A DNA stretch of 64,000 nucleotides from Candidatus Woesearchaeota archaeon. Its GTDB lineage: Archaea > Nanobdellota > Nanobdellia > SCGC-AAA011-G17 > PNOQ01. Shown one piece after another: positions 28,597-38,963 of this stretch. The notes under the pieces were generated by a model. That model was not told the origin of the DNA. It made no database searches and was given only the letters and a program-made list of their open reading frames with translations. The DNA lies in the NCBI GenBank assembly GCA_964603065.1, contig CAZRTL010000006.1, positions 84 to 64,083 on the forward strand, read 5' to 3'. The translations under genes were made by a program, and so were the position numbers. The first letter of the stretch is position 1. Each line of letters opens with the position of its first letter.

Positions 28597-29079
28597 TTAT
28601 CGGTAAAAATCTAATATTTCTTTTGTTGTTTTATGGAAATCTGCAACTTCATCCCTTAATTTCTTTGCGTTTTTACTTATTGTATCTTTGAAAAAAACTT
28701 TTGTGTATAAATTTAGTAAGAAATTTTTAAATCTTGATGAAACCCATTGATCTTTGTAATCAACAACTATTTTTGTTGTGAAGGTTATTTTTGCGAAACC
28801 GGCAACTAGATTTTCTGAAACTGGATTTATGTCCATTAGTAAAACGTGAACATCTATATCATATTTTATGAAATCTGTTACTTCTCTTTCTGCTTCCCAC
28901 TTGAACTCTATTTCTTTTCCACGGTCTGAAGTTTTATGTTGATGTAATTTTTCATTAAAATCATATTTATTATCGGCTAACCAGGCGTACATATCTTTGT
29001 ATAATTTGTCCAGATTAAAAACTCCTCTTTCTCTAATTTGGTATCCTTGACTTAGGTGTACCTTCATATCTTTGCTCAT
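28597..29079 (-). CDS. Hypothetical protein (paralog 1 of tandem trio)
   Basis: GVFNLDKLYKDMYAWL...KY, FKWEAEREVTDF. Confidence 0.8.
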   Translation of the reverse strand: MSKDMKVHLSQGYQIRERGVFNLDKLYKDMYAWLADNKYDFNEKLHQHKTSDRGKEIEFKWEAEREVTDFIKYDIDVHVLLMDINPVSENLVAGFAKITFTTKIVVDYKDQWVSSRFKNFLLNLYTKVFFKDTISKNAKKLRDEVADFHKTTKEILDFYR

Positions 29080-29115
29080 TATTTGAGGAATAGAATTATT
29101 AGTTAATAAATGTTT

Positions 29116-29541
29116 TTATCTTTCTTTTAATCTGAATTTCTCCATGAAAATATCATATAAATCAGGCTGTATTTTTAGAACGTCTTTGTAGGTTAGTAAT
29201 CCGATTAATTTATCCCCTTCTGTAACTGGAAGTCTTCTTACATTTTCTCTGGACATGAAGTAAATCGCATCATATAAGTCTAAATCTGGAGAAATTTTTA
29301 GCATCTTAGTTGACATAATATCTTTTGCTTTCGATTTTTTCATATCTAAATTATTTGCAACCGCTTTATTTACGAAATCTTTTTCCGTTATGATTCCTAA
29401 TAAAACCCCTTCTTCTTCTACAATTAAGCTTCCAACTTCTCCTTCAATCATTTTTTGAGCACAGTTTAGGAGATTTTCTTCTGGAGTAACTCTTATCGGA
29501 ATCTTAGTCATTGCATCTGCAACTCTTACACCTGTTTTCAT
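29116..29541 (-). CDS. CBS-domain protein
   Basis: Tandem CBS: VADAMT, GIITEKD, VRRLPV...LIGLLT. Confidence 0.92.
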   Translation of the reverse strand: MKTGVRVADAMTKIPIRVTPEENLLNCAQKMIEGEVGSLIVEEEGVLLGIITEKDFVNKAVANNLDMKKSKAKDIMSTKMLKISPDLDLYDAIYFMSRENVRRLPVTEGDKLIGLLTYKDVLKIQPDLYDIFMEKFRLKER

Positions 29542-29616
29542 GATATTTTGATGTAGGGGTTAAAATTAATAAAGATATTGGTGCTACTTTTGTATGGGAA
29601 TTTATTATTCAAAACA

Positions 29617-29624
29617 TTTATAAA
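29617..29624 (+). promoter_or_regulatory. Archaeal TATA box of the thermosome gene (representative of many in the window)
   Basis: TTTATAAA 24 nt before the ATG at 29649; similar spacing at srp54 (34487-34494), suggesting leaderless mRNAs. Confidence 0.7.
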
Positions 29625-29648
29625 TGAACTAGGATTTGCTGGGTTATT

Positions 29649-31253
29649 ATGGCAGAAGAAAAACAACCAGTTTATATCCTTTCTGAAGGAAATCAAAGGA
29701 CTTATGGAAAAGAAGCTCAGAGAAACAATATTATGGCTGCTAAATTAGTAGCTGAGACTGTTAGAAGTACTTTAGGTCCTAAAGGAATGGACAAAATGCT
29801 GGTTGATTCTATGGGTGATGTTGTTATTACCAATGATGGCGTTACAATTTTAGAAGAAATGCAGATTGAACATCCGGCTGCTAAGATGATAGTTGAGATT
29901 GCGAAGACTCAAGAAGATGAAGTTGGAGATGGTACTACTTCGGCCGTAGTTTTTGCAGGGGAATTATTAAAAAATGCTGAAGCTTTATTAGAAAAAAACA
30001 TTCATCCTACAATTGTTGCTAAAGGTTTTAGAATGGCAGAGGCTAAAGCTCAAGAAATTTTAAATGAAATTGCTGAGAGTATCTCTTTAGATGATAATAA
30101 TGCTTTGGAGAAGATAGCCATGACTGCTATGACTGGAAAAGGAGCTGAAGCTTCTAAGGAAAAATTAGCCAGATTAGCTGTTACGGCAGTTAAACAAGTT
30201 TTAGATCATGATATAGATTTGGATAATATTAAAGTTGAGAAGAAAGTTGGCGGTGGTGTTGAGAATTCAGAATTGATCCAGGGCGTTGTTTTGGATAAGG
30301 AAAAATTACATTCAAGTATGCCTTCAAAAATTAATGAAGCTAAGGTTGCTTTGATTAGTGTCCCTTTAGAGATTAAAGATACTGAGATTGATGCTAAGAT
30401 TCAAATTAGTAGCCCAGAGCAGATGCAATCTTTTATTGAGCAAGAAGAAATGATGTTAAAAAATATGGCTGACAAGATTATAAACTCTGGGGCCAATGTT
30501 TTAATTTCGCAAAAAGGAATTGATGATTTAGCACAACATTATTTAGCAAAAAGTGGAATTTATGCTGTTAGAAGAGTTAAGCAATCAGATATGGAAAAAT
30601 TAGTCCGAGCTACTGGTGGAAAAATTGTAAGTAATTTGAAAGATTTAAATGAAAATGATTTAGGAAAAGCTGGAATAGTTGAAGAGGTTAAAATTGGCGA
30701 TGAAGAATTTACTTATGTTACTAATTGTGAAAATCCAAAAGCTGTTACATTATTAGTTCGTGGTGGAACTGAACATGTTGTTGATGAAGTTGAAAGAGCT
30801 GTTCAGGATGCCTTGGGAGATTTGGCAGCAGCTTTGAAGAGTGGAAAAGTTGTTGGGGGCGCAGGTGCTCCTGAAGTTGAACTAGCAAGAAGACTTCGTG
30901 AGTTTGCAAATGGTTTAAGCGGTCGTGAACAATTAGCTGTTTTGGCTTTTGCAGATTCTATGGAAGTTATTCCAGTTACCTTGGCCGAGAATGCCGGAAT
31001 AGATCCCATTGATATTCTAACTGAATTGAAAGCTAGACATGATGCTGGAGATAAATGGTCAGGTATAGATGTTTTTTCCGGTAAGGTTGTTGACTCTTGG
31101 AGTTCAGGTGTGATTGAACCCTTGAAGATTAAAACTCAAGCTGTTAAGAGTGCTGCTGAAGTTTCGGAAATGATTTTGAGAATTGATGATGTGATTGCTT
31201 CTGGTAAAGCTTCTGGAAATGCTCCGATGCAACCTCCAATGGGTTATGAGTAA
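29649..31253 (+). CDS. ths: Thermosome (group II chaperonin) subunit
   Basis: [31 protein letters not shown]. Confidence 0.97.
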   Translation: MAEEKQPVYILSEGNQRTYGKEAQRNNIMAAKLVAETVRSTLGPKGMDKMLVDSMGDVVITNDGVTILEEMQIEHPAAKMIVEIAKTQEDEVGDGTTSAVVFAGELLKNAEALLEKNIHPTIVAKGFRMAEAKAQEILNEIAESISLDDNNALEKIAMTAMTGKGAEASKEKLARLAVTAVKQVLDHDIDLDNIKVEKKVGGGVENSELIQGVVLDKEKLHSSMPSKINEAKVALISVPLEIKDTEIDAKIQISSPEQMQSFIEQEEMMLKNMADKIINSGANVLISQKGIDDLAQHYLAKSGIYAVRRVKQSDMEKLVRATGGKIVSNLKDLNENDLGKAGIVEEVKIGDEEFTYVTNCENPKAVTLLVRGGTEHVVDEVERAVQDALGDLAAALKSGKVVGGAGAPEVELARRLREFANGLSGREQLAVLAFADSMEVIPVTLAENAGIDPIDILTELKARHDAGDKWSGIDVFSGKVVDSWSSGVIEPLKIKTQAVKSAAEVSEMILRIDDVIASGKASGNAPMQPPMGYE

Positions 31254-31284
31254 GGTTTATAAAATTCTATTTTTAATTTAAAGT

Positions 31285-31971
31285 ATGTTTTTTTGGAAAA
31301 AAGAGAAATTTGTGAAATATGCTGAGAGGATAAGGAAATTTTTAGATAAAGGAGATTATGATTCCGCTATAGCTAGATATAATAAACTTGAGGGTTTCTA
31401 TAATTTATTAGATGGAGAGAAGAAATTAAAATATAGAGAAGAATATGAATCTTTGTTAAATCAATTGTTAATCTATATGAAAATCCAGCAGTTAGATGTT
31501 GTTATTGAAGGAGATAATTTAGATTTGATAAAAGACAATCTGAATTATTTGGAAGACATGAGTAAAAGTGTTGGAAAAATTTCTGTAAACTATGAGAAGT
31601 TTGTACAGATGAAGTATAAAAAATTCTATAATGAATATGGCCATAAATTAGTTTTGGTAGAACTGAATGAAATCTTGGAGAAAATTTACAAGTTGAGAGA
31701 TGAGCAGAATTATGATTTGGCCTTAGTTCTATTTCCGGATTTAATGAAAAAATATAAAGAATTGAAAGAGTATGTTCCGGAGAAATCTAGGAAGTTGTTA
31801 GAGGGTATTCATCTTTTGAGGGAAGATTTGAAAGAAAGATTATTGGAGTTTCGGGCTTATGCAGATGTTGCTGAAACTAATGTTAAAACCTTGAAGAGGT
31901 CTTTGAGGAAGAGAAAAGTTGAGGAAGCTAAAGAATTACATAAGAAAGTTTTCCCTAAAGAGAAAATATAG
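31285..31971 (+). CDS. Hypothetical helical protein
   Basis: 228-aa ORF with upstream TATA; no motif recognised. Confidence 0.65.
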   Translation: MFFWKKEKFVKYAERIRKFLDKGDYDSAIARYNKLEGFYNLLDGEKKLKYREEYESLLNQLLIYMKIQQLDVVIEGDNLDLIKDNLNYLEDMSKSVGKISVNYEKFVQMKYKKFYNEYGHKLVLVELNEILEKIYKLRDEQNYDLALVLFPDLMKKYKELKEYVPEKSRKLLEGIHLLREDLKERLLEFRAYADVAETNVKTLKRSLRKRKVEEAKELHKKVFPKEKI

Positions 31972-32003
31972 GAAGTTATATTAATTAGTTCTTAATTCTA
32001 GTT

Positions 32004-33092
32004 TTGATGGGTATAACTATGTCTAAGCCGGAAGTTTATATTCCTGAAACAGTTATTACAAATCAGGATTTAGAGAATTTAGTTGATACTAGCGATGAAT
32101 GGATTGTTGAAAGAACTGGAATTAGAGAGAGAAGAATTTCTTTAGATAAGGGCGTTAAGGAAATGGGTGCTATTGCTGCCAGAAAAGTTTTGGATGCGAA
32201 TATTGTTGTTGGGGAAGAAATTGATGAGGTGACTTTCGCTATTAATTGGCACGATAGTAATCAAGAGTTCCCGTGCCATGCTGGTCATGTTGCTAAAGAA
32301 AATAATATTGAAAGTGCTGCTATCTTTGATGTTGGAGCTGGTTGTACTGGCTTAGTGTATGCTTTAACTCTTGCACATAATCGTATGGTGGCAGATCATA
32401 GGTTAAATAAAATTTTAGTTGTTGGTGGAGAGAGGCTTACTGATATGACTGATTATTCGGATAGAAATACTTGTGTCTTGTTTGGGGATGCAGTCGGTGC
32501 ATATTTGTTGGAAAGATCAGAAAGTGAAGAGGGAATTATTAATAATTTTCTTGGTGGGGAACCTGATGTTGGTGATAAAGATTGGCCTTCTGGATTTTTA
32601 TCTTTGAAAAGAAAAGCGGGACTTAAATTGAGAGCCTCTGAGGGGGATTATAAATTTTTTCCAGAGGAAGCCGATCAAAACTATCTTATTATGAATGGAA
32701 AACCAGTTTTTAAATTTGCTTCTAGAGTTATGAGGCATGCAGTTCATGAAGTTTTGGAAGGAACTAAATATTCTTTAGAAGATGTTGATGTAATTGTTCC
32801 ACATGGTGCTAATATGAGAATTATTGATTCGGCCGATAAGGGATTGAGGAATAAAGGATTTAAAGGTAGGATTTATACCAATTTAGAAAGGTTTGGTAAT
32901 ACTTCTACAGGTTCTATTCCCTTGGCTGCTAATGAAGCTTATGAAAATGGTTTAATAAAAAGAGGAAGCTTAGTTGTTAATGTTGCTTTTGGTGCAGGGT
33001 TTACTTATGGTGCTAATTTGTATAGGGCTAGTTGTACTGGTATGTCTACTGGAGTCGGTTTAAACGAAATTCTTAAAAATGCTAGTTCTTAG
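32004..33092 (+). CDS. fabH: 3-oxoacyl-ACP synthase III (FabH family)
   Basis: DTSDEWIVERTGIRERR, AGCTG (Cys), VPHGAN (His), FGNTS (Asn), AFGAGFT. Confidence 0.92.
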   Translation: MMGITMSKPEVYIPETVITNQDLENLVDTSDEWIVERTGIRERRISLDKGVKEMGAIAARKVLDANIVVGEEIDEVTFAINWHDSNQEFPCHAGHVAKENNIESAAIFDVGAGCTGLVYALTLAHNRMVADHRLNKILVVGGERLTDMTDYSDRNTCVLFGDAVGAYLLERSESEEGIINNFLGGEPDVGDKDWPSGFLSLKRKAGLKLRASEGDYKFFPEEADQNYLIMNGKPVFKFASRVMRHAVHEVLEGTKYSLEDVDVIVPHGANMRIIDSADKGLRNKGFKGRIYTNLERFGNTSTGSIPLAANEAYENGLIKRGSLVVNVAFGAGFTYGANLYRASCTGMSTGVGLNEILKNASS

Positions 33093-33100
33093 TTGTTTTT

Positions 33101-34189
33101 ATGTTTAAATTTTTAAAAGATAAGTTGAAGGATGCTGCAGGTAAGTTTAGTAAAGAGGCAGAGGAAGTTAATGAGGAAGAGGAAAAAGTAGAAGATAAAG
33201 TTGAGGAAGAGATTAAAGAAGAGTTAGAAGAAACTTTAGAAGAGGAAACTGCTGAGAAGGTTGCTGAAGAGGTAGTTGAAGAGTCTAAGGAAGAAATTGT
33301 TGAGGATATTCCTAAAGAAAAATTAAGTTTTAAAGAAAAGATAAAAAAAGCTGTTTCTAAGAAAATTTCAGATAAAAAGTTTGAAGAGTTATTTGAAGAA
33401 TTAGAATTTTCATTGTTAGAAGCTAATGTTGCTGTTGAAGTTATAGATAAATTAAAAGAAGGCTTGAAGATGGAGATCGTTGATGTCCCCATTAAAGGGA
33501 AGGTTGATGAGTTCATTTTAGAGAAGTTAAAAGAGAATATTATGGAGTTGTTTAAAGAGGAAATTGATTTAGTCGAGGTTATTAAAAAAAGTGAGAAACC
33601 CTATGTTATTGTGTTTTTAGGGGTGAATGGTTCAGGTAAGACTACTTCTATTGCTAAATTTGCTAAAACTTTACAAAGTAATGGTTTAAGTGTTGTTTTG
33701 GCTGCTGCTGATACTTTTAGAGCTGCTGCGATAGATCAGTTGCAATTGCATGCAGATAAGTTAGGAGTTAAGATGATTAAGCATGATTATGGTTCGGATG
33801 CGGCTGCAGTAGGTTTTGATGCTATAAAACATGCTAAAACCAAGGAAGTGGATGTGGTTTTGATTGATACTGCAGGTAGGATGCATTCTAATGCGAATCT
33901 AATGGATGAGTTGAAGAAAGTTATTAGAGTTGTTGAACCTAATTTTAAGATATTTGTTGGAGAGTCAATAGTTGGTAATGATTGTATAGAGCAGAGTAGG
34001 AAGTTTAATGATTCTGTAGGTGTGGATGGTATAATATTAAGTAAATCAGATGTTGATGAGAAGGGTGGAACTGCAATTTCTATTTCGTATGTTGTTGATA
34101 AGCCTGTTATTTATTTGGGTACTGGGCAAGAGTATGGTGATATTGAGAAGTTTTCTGTTAGTAAGTTGATGGATAGTCTGGGGCTGTGA
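33101..34189 (+). CDS. ftsY: SRP receptor FtsY
   Basis: Acidic N-terminus, GVNGSGKTT, DTFRAAA, DTAGR. Confidence 0.97.
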   Translation: MFKFLKDKLKDAAGKFSKEAEEVNEEEEKVEDKVEEEIKEELEETLEEETAEKVAEEVVEESKEEIVEDIPKEKLSFKEKIKKAVSKKISDKKFEELFEELEFSLLEANVAVEVIDKLKEGLKMEIVDVPIKGKVDEFILEKLKENIMELFKEEIDLVEVIKKSEKPYVIVFLGVNGSGKTTSIAKFAKTLQSNGLSVVLAAADTFRAAAIDQLQLHADKLGVKMIKHDYGSDAAAVGFDAIKHAKTKEVDVVLIDTAGRMHSNANLMDELKKVIRVVEPNFKIFVGESIVGNDCIEQSRKFNDSVGVDGIILSKSDVDEKGGTAISISYVVDKPVIYLGTGQEYGDIEKFSVSKLMDSLGL

Positions 34190-34190
34190 G

Positions 34191-34460
34191 ATGATGAAAA
34201 GGAATGACGATTTTCCGGATAATATTCAAGAGGAAAAATCTATCAATATAGCACTAATTACAGGAGTATTTATTGTCGTATTTTTAACTTTTCTCGATAT
34301 GATGTATGATATACTAGAAACTTATACCAGCATAACTCCTTTTCTTTGGAAGTTTGCAGTACTGGTGATTTTGGTTCTAATTATCAGACGTATTTCGAGA
34401 AGTCATAGTAGGCTGGAAAAACTTGAATTGAAATTGAAGAAAATGATAAGGGGAAAATAG
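34191..34460 (+). CDS. Small hypothetical membrane protein
   Basis: Two hydrophobic segments. Confidence 0.6.
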   Translation: MMKRNDDFPDNIQEEKSINIALITGVFIVVFLTFLDMMYDILETYTSITPFLWKFAVLVILVLIIRRISRSHSRLEKLELKLKKMIRGK

Positions 34461-34516
34461 ATAGTGTCCTAGTTCTTTTAATTACATTTATAAATCATAA
34501 TTCTCTCTAAAATTCT

Positions 34517-35860
34517 ATGGTTATGGACAAATTGAGTTCAACATTAAAGAATACTCTTAGTAAAATAACTGGAGCTACTTTTGTAGATGAGAATCTAGTT
34601 AATGAAATTGTTAAAGATATTCAAAGAGCTTTACTTCAAGCAGATGTTAATGTTAAATTAGTTTTTGAACTGTCCAAATCAATTAAAAGTAGAGCTTTAG
34701 AAGAAAAAGCTCCAAAAGCAGTAGGACAAAAAGAGTTCTTAGTTAAAATAGTATACGACGAACTAGTTAAATTTCTAGGAAAAGAAAAAAAAGGAATTAA
34801 AATTACAAAAAAACAACCGTTCAAAATTATGCTTGTAGGTCTTTTCGGAACTGGAAAAACTACGATAGCAGCAAAATTAGGAAATTATTATACAAAAAGA
34901 GGACATAAGGTAGCTTTAGTGGGGTTGGATGTTTATAGGCCGGCTGCAATGGACCAGTTAGAACAGTTAGCAAAATCAATTAATATTCCATATTACATAA
35001 ATAGAGAAGAAAAAAACCCAAAGAAAATTTGGAAGTCATTAAAGGATGAAGTAAAGAAGTATGATATTGTAATTGTAGATACTGCAGGTAGAGATGCATT
35101 GTCAGAAGATTTAGTTAAGGAAATTGAAGAATTAAATAAAGAAATCAAACCCGAAGAAAAACTTTTAGTAATAAATGCAGATATAGGTCAGACTGCAGAG
35201 AAGCAAGCAAGCCAGTTCCATGAGTCTTGTGGAATAACTGGAGTTGCAATTACTAAGATGGATGGAACTGCAAAAGCAGGGGGCGCCCTATCAGCAGCAG
35301 CAGTTACCGGAGCTCCTGTTAAGTTTTTAGGTATTGGAGAAAAAGTAGATGATATTGAAGAGTTTAATCCTGAAGGTTTTGTTTCTAGATTATTAGGAAT
35401 GGGAGATTTAGAAGCTTTATTAGAAAAAGTTAGAGTTGAAATTTCTGAAGAAACTGCTGAAGATTTAGGTAAAAAATTCTTAAAAGGAGATTTTAATTTT
35501 TTAGATTTATATGAACAGATTCAGGGAATGAAAAAATTAGGACCTATGAATAAGATTATGGAGATGATTCCGGGTTTGAGTGGAATGAAAGTTCCTAAAG
35601 ATATGTTAGAAGTTCAGGATGAGAAATTAAAAAAATGGAAATTTATAATGCAATCCATGACTAAGAAAGAGTTAGAAGAACCTGATTTAGTTTTTAATAG
35701 GAAAAGAATTGATAGGATTGCGAAAGGTTCTGGAACTACTGCTACGGAAGTTAGAGAGTTGTTGAAACAATATAGGCAGAGTAAGAAGATGATGAAGATG
35801 ATGAAGGGTGATCCTAATAAGTTAATGAAGAAATTTAAGGGCAAGTTGCCTGGTATGTAA
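34517..35860 (+). CDS. srp54: Signal recognition particle protein Srp54
   Basis: GLFGTGKTT, DTAGR, TKMDGTAKAGG, Met-rich M domain. Confidence 0.97.
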   Translation: MVMDKLSSTLKNTLSKITGATFVDENLVNEIVKDIQRALLQADVNVKLVFELSKSIKSRALEEKAPKAVGQKEFLVKIVYDELVKFLGKEKKGIKITKKQPFKIMLVGLFGTGKTTIAAKLGNYYTKRGHKVALVGLDVYRPAAMDQLEQLAKSINIPYYINREEKNPKKIWKSLKDEVKKYDIVIVDTAGRDALSEDLVKEIEELNKEIKPEEKLLVINADIGQTAEKQASQFHESCGITGVAITKMDGTAKAGGALSAAAVTGAPVKFLGIGEKVDDIEEFNPEGFVSRLLGMGDLEALLEKVRVEISEETAEDLGKKFLKGDFNFLDLYEQIQGMKKLGPMNKIMEMIPGLSGMKVPKDMLEVQDEKLKKWKFIMQSMTKKELEEPDLVFNRKRIDRIAKGSGTTATEVRELLKQYRQSKKMMKMMKGDPNKLMKKFKGKLPGM

Positions 35861-35916
35861 AGATTTATATAGTTAGATTCCTCTTGTGCAGTTACAATGC
35901 GAAGGAGGTGTTTTAT

Positions 35917-36231
35917 TTGAAAAAATTAATTTTTGTGTTATTTCTTGTTAGTATTTTATTAATTTCTGGTTGTCAAACACAAGAGGAGACCCAACAGAGT
36001 CCTAATAAAATAGACTATGAGCAGATTGGTGCAGATTGCTCTGCAATGATGGATCTTACAGCAAAATGCCCAGGAATTATAAATGCTGAGAGTGAAGAAG
36101 AAATTCAAACTGAGCTTGAGAAATGTGGTATACAACCTGATAAAGGATTCAGCTTATTTAGATTGCTTAATTGTGCTTGTTGCGTAAGTAGTGGGAATCC
36201 TGCTTGTTGTGTAAGTTGTATAAAAGGATAA
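35917..36231 (+). CDS. Small Cys-rich lipoprotein
   Basis: AGGAGGTG SD then TTG start at 35917; lipobox-like LLISGC; C-terminal CACC...CCVSC. Confidence 0.7.
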   Translation: MKKLIFVLFLVSILLISGCQTQEETQQSPNKIDYEQIGADCSAMMDLTAKCPGIINAESEEEIQTELEKCGIQPDKGFSLFRLLNCACCVSSGNPACCVSCIKG

Positions 36232-36282
36232 TTTTTATTTTTTTATTTTTTATAAAGCTTTAAATAGTTTGGATTATTTGAT

Positions 36283-37008
36283 ATGGTAATGGGATTTAAT
36301 TGGAGGGATGAACTGAAGAAATTTTTTTATACTTTAATCCTTTCGGTTTTTATTGGATACATTGTTTTCGAAATTGCCGCCTCGGCTGCAAATAGCATAG
36401 ACACCCTTGGTTCAGGATTTATTGCTGCAGGTTATTTTATTATAGGGTTCGTGTCTACATTTTTAGTTCTTAGAACTTTTTTGGGCATAGCTTGTCATGA
36501 AGGTATTTTCAAGGCTGTCATTAGGTCAATAGCCCACTTATTATTAATAATGGGGTTACTGTATGTTGGATTCTATGGTTCCCATTTTGTTAGTAATTTT
36601 GAGGAGTATAGATCTAACAGGTTAACTGAAAGCTCCATTAATTCTGCTAAAAATAAATACGCTGAAGCTGTAAATAAAGATAGTCTTTCTATTTGCGAAG
36701 AAATATCTGATGAAAAATTTAAGAATTTATGTGTTATTTCTTTGGAAAAATCTTATCAACGTTGTGAAGAGGAAACGCGTGTAGCGGGACGGCATGAAGA
36801 TATACCTTATTGGCATATTGATTTTTTTAGTAATTGTATCACTTCTGTTTTATACTCTACTGGAGATTTGGAGGGTTGTTACCTCCAATATGATAATCGT
36901 TTTTGTATAAGACAAGATGATTTAGGCAATTGTATTTATGATAATGCACATTTTTGTGATAGAATGGATCATTATATGGCTAGAGGAACTTTTAAGTATA
37001 TTGGATAA
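36283..37008 (+). CDS. Hypothetical membrane protein with Cys-rich C-terminal domain
   Basis: Three TM segments followed by spaced cysteines. Confidence 0.7.
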   Translation: MVMGFNWRDELKKFFYTLILSVFIGYIVFEIAASAANSIDTLGSGFIAAGYFIIGFVSTFLVLRTFLGIACHEGIFKAVIRSIAHLLLIMGLLYVGFYGSHFVSNFEEYRSNRLTESSINSAKNKYAEAVNKDSLSICEEISDEKFKNLCVISLEKSYQRCEEETRVAGRHEDIPYWHIDFFSNCITSVLYSTGDLEGCYLQYDNRFCIRQDDLGNCIYDNAHFCDRMDHYMARGTFKYIG

Positions 37009-37049
37009 TCTTTAATTAATTTTATAAATTCTTTTTCTTTCTTTTTATT

Positions 37050-37661
37050 ATGAAAAAAATACTTTATTCTGGAGCTGAAGCTCATTTATATTTAGAAAAT
37101 GATAAGCTAGTCAAAGAAAGAGTTCCTAAAGGATATAGACATAAGTTTATTGATAATATGAAAAGGAAGTATCCTACTAGGAGAGAGTTTAAAATTTTAA
37201 TGAGAGCAAGAAATCTGGGAATGAATGTTCCTGAAGTTTTTGAAGTTGATGAAAATGAAATGAAAGTAATTATGGAATTTGTTAAAGGTGATTTGTTAAA
37301 AGAAACATTAGATAATTATAAAAAAAATAAGAGAGAAGAAGTTTGTAAGTTAATCGGGGAGCAAGTAGCAAAGATGCATGATGATAATATTATTCACGGA
37401 GACTTAACTACGAGTAATATGATTTTGAAAGAAGGAAAAGTTTTTTTCATAGATTTTGGGTTAGGTTGCATTTCTCATAAAATTGAAGATAAAGCCGTCG
37501 ATTTACATTTACTTAGACAGGCGATGGAAAGTAAACATTTTAAGCATGGAGATAATTTTGATTTAGTTTTGAAGGGCTATAATAAATCAAATAATTATGA
37601 AGAGACTTTAGAAAGGTTAGAAAAAGTTGAGAAAAGAGGAAGATACAAGAGAAAAGTTTAA
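37050..37661 (+). CDS. bud32: KEOPS kinase Bud32
   Basis: GAEA, K.R..K.YRH, IIHGDLTTSN, IDFGL, EDKAVDL, RGRY. Confidence 0.95.
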   Translation: MKKILYSGAEAHLYLENDKLVKERVPKGYRHKFIDNMKRKYPTRREFKILMRARNLGMNVPEVFEVDENEMKVIMEFVKGDLLKETLDNYKKNKREEVCKLIGEQVAKMHDDNIIHGDLTTSNMILKEGKVFFIDFGLGCISHKIEDKAVDLHLLRQAMESKHFKHGDNFDLVLKGYNKSNNYEETLERLEKVEKRGRYKRKV

Positions 37662-38788
37662 TTAATTACTTTTTCATACTGTTCGAAATATCTATCTACT
37701 AAACTATTTAATTCGCACCTGGCAGTTACGAGTTCTCTACCTGCTTTTCCAAATTCTTTTGCCTTTTTTGGATTTACTACTAGCTCTGTCATCCCGGCTG
37801 CAATTGATTCAGGATTCTTTGGAATTACAATAAGTCCAGTTTCTCCAGATTTTATATACTCAGGAACTCCTCCAACCTCTGTTGCTACAACTCCTCTTTC
37901 CATAGCCAATCCTTCTATCATTATTCTTGGAACTCCCTCGGTATGGCTTGAAAGAACTACTGTGGAACACCCATACCCATTTCTTAAGTTTTCATGATCC
38001 ATTGCTCTAAATATACGAACTTTTCCTTCCAATCCTTGTACAGAAATTTCTCTTTGAACTTGAGAGACATATTCTGGATCTTGAAATGGTCCTACAATTG
38101 CGGTTGTGAAATCCATGCCAGACTCCTGTAATATTTTTGATGCTTGAACTAAGTCTAATTGGCCCTTTCTTGGTTCAATCCTAGCCGGGTACAAAAATAC
38201 ATTTTCATCAAATATACTTAACCTTTGTCTGAATTTCTCAGGATTTGATTTTTTTGGATTGAAAAAATCTGCGTCAACATAAGTCCCTATGTTTATAGAA
38301 TCTAATCCAAGAGTTTTTGCTGCAGATTCACAAATTCCCATTTTTAAATCTACTTTGGGGAGTATTTTTTCTAAAGGACTTCTATCCTTTACACTTTCAG
38401 GATTTAGGTTTAATCCTCCCCCATGAAATGCGAAAATTATAGGTAACTTCTGTTCTAATGCTTTTTCCATAACTAGATAGGCTCCTTCATAATATCCATA
38501 ATGAACGTGCATTAAATCAAAATCATTTTCTCTAGTAATTTCGTCAAATTTGTCTCCAAATTTTTTCAAAACTTTTTTTGAAGCCTTTGAACCTCTTTGG
38601 GGGTTATAAACTGGGTGGCAATTTATGCCGGTATTATCAGTAAAACTCATTGCATTATTATCTTGGGAGTAATATAGTACATGAACTTCTGCTAGCTCCC
38701 GATTTATTATGTTTCTATGGAGTGCTTTCATGTGAATTTGTAAGCCACCCATATTTTCGTATGTATGTACTAATTTTAATATTTTCAT
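37658..38788 (-). CDS. GT4 family glycosyltransferase
   Basis: ARIEPRKG, S..EGVP...IEGLA, VGGVPE. Confidence 0.9.
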   Translation of the reverse strand: MKILKLVHTYENMGGLQIHMKALHRNIINRELAEVHVLYYSQDNNAMSFTDNTGINCHPVYNPQRGSKASKKVLKKFGDKFDEITRENDFDLMHVHYGYYEGAYLVMEKALEQKLPIIFAFHGGGLNLNPESVKDRSPLEKILPKVDLKMGICESAAKTLGLDSINIGTYVDADFFNPKKSNPEKFRQRLSIFDENVFLYPARIEPRKGQLDLVQASKILQESGMDFTTAIVGPFQDPEYVSQVQREISVQGLEGKVRIFRAMDHENLRNGYGCSTVVLSSHTEGVPRIMIEGLAMERGVVATEVGGVPEYIKSGETGLIVIPKNPESIAAGMTELVVNPKKAKEFGKAGRELVTARCELNSLVDRYFEQYEKVIN

Positions 38789-38880
38789 TTAAATCGATTT
38801 TTTAATTAATATACCACTTAAAAGTCTTTGTATTTACAAAGAGAAACTTTTAAAAGTGAAATATTTTCCTTTATTCTTAT

Positions 38881-38953
38881 AGCCCTGTAGTGTAGTGGCC
38901 AAGCATCTATGGTTTTGGTCCATAGGACCCAGGTTCGAATCCTGGCGGGGCTA
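38881..38953 (+). tRNA. tRNA-Gln (TTG)
   Basis: AGCCCTG/CGGGGCT acceptor, TATGG-TTTTGGT-CCATA anticodon arm. Confidence 0.96.
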
Positions 38954-38963
38954 TTTTTTTAAA

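Noticed and set aside
33101..33330. GAA-rich low-complexity tract
   Set aside because: Ordinary acidic N-terminal region of FtsY.
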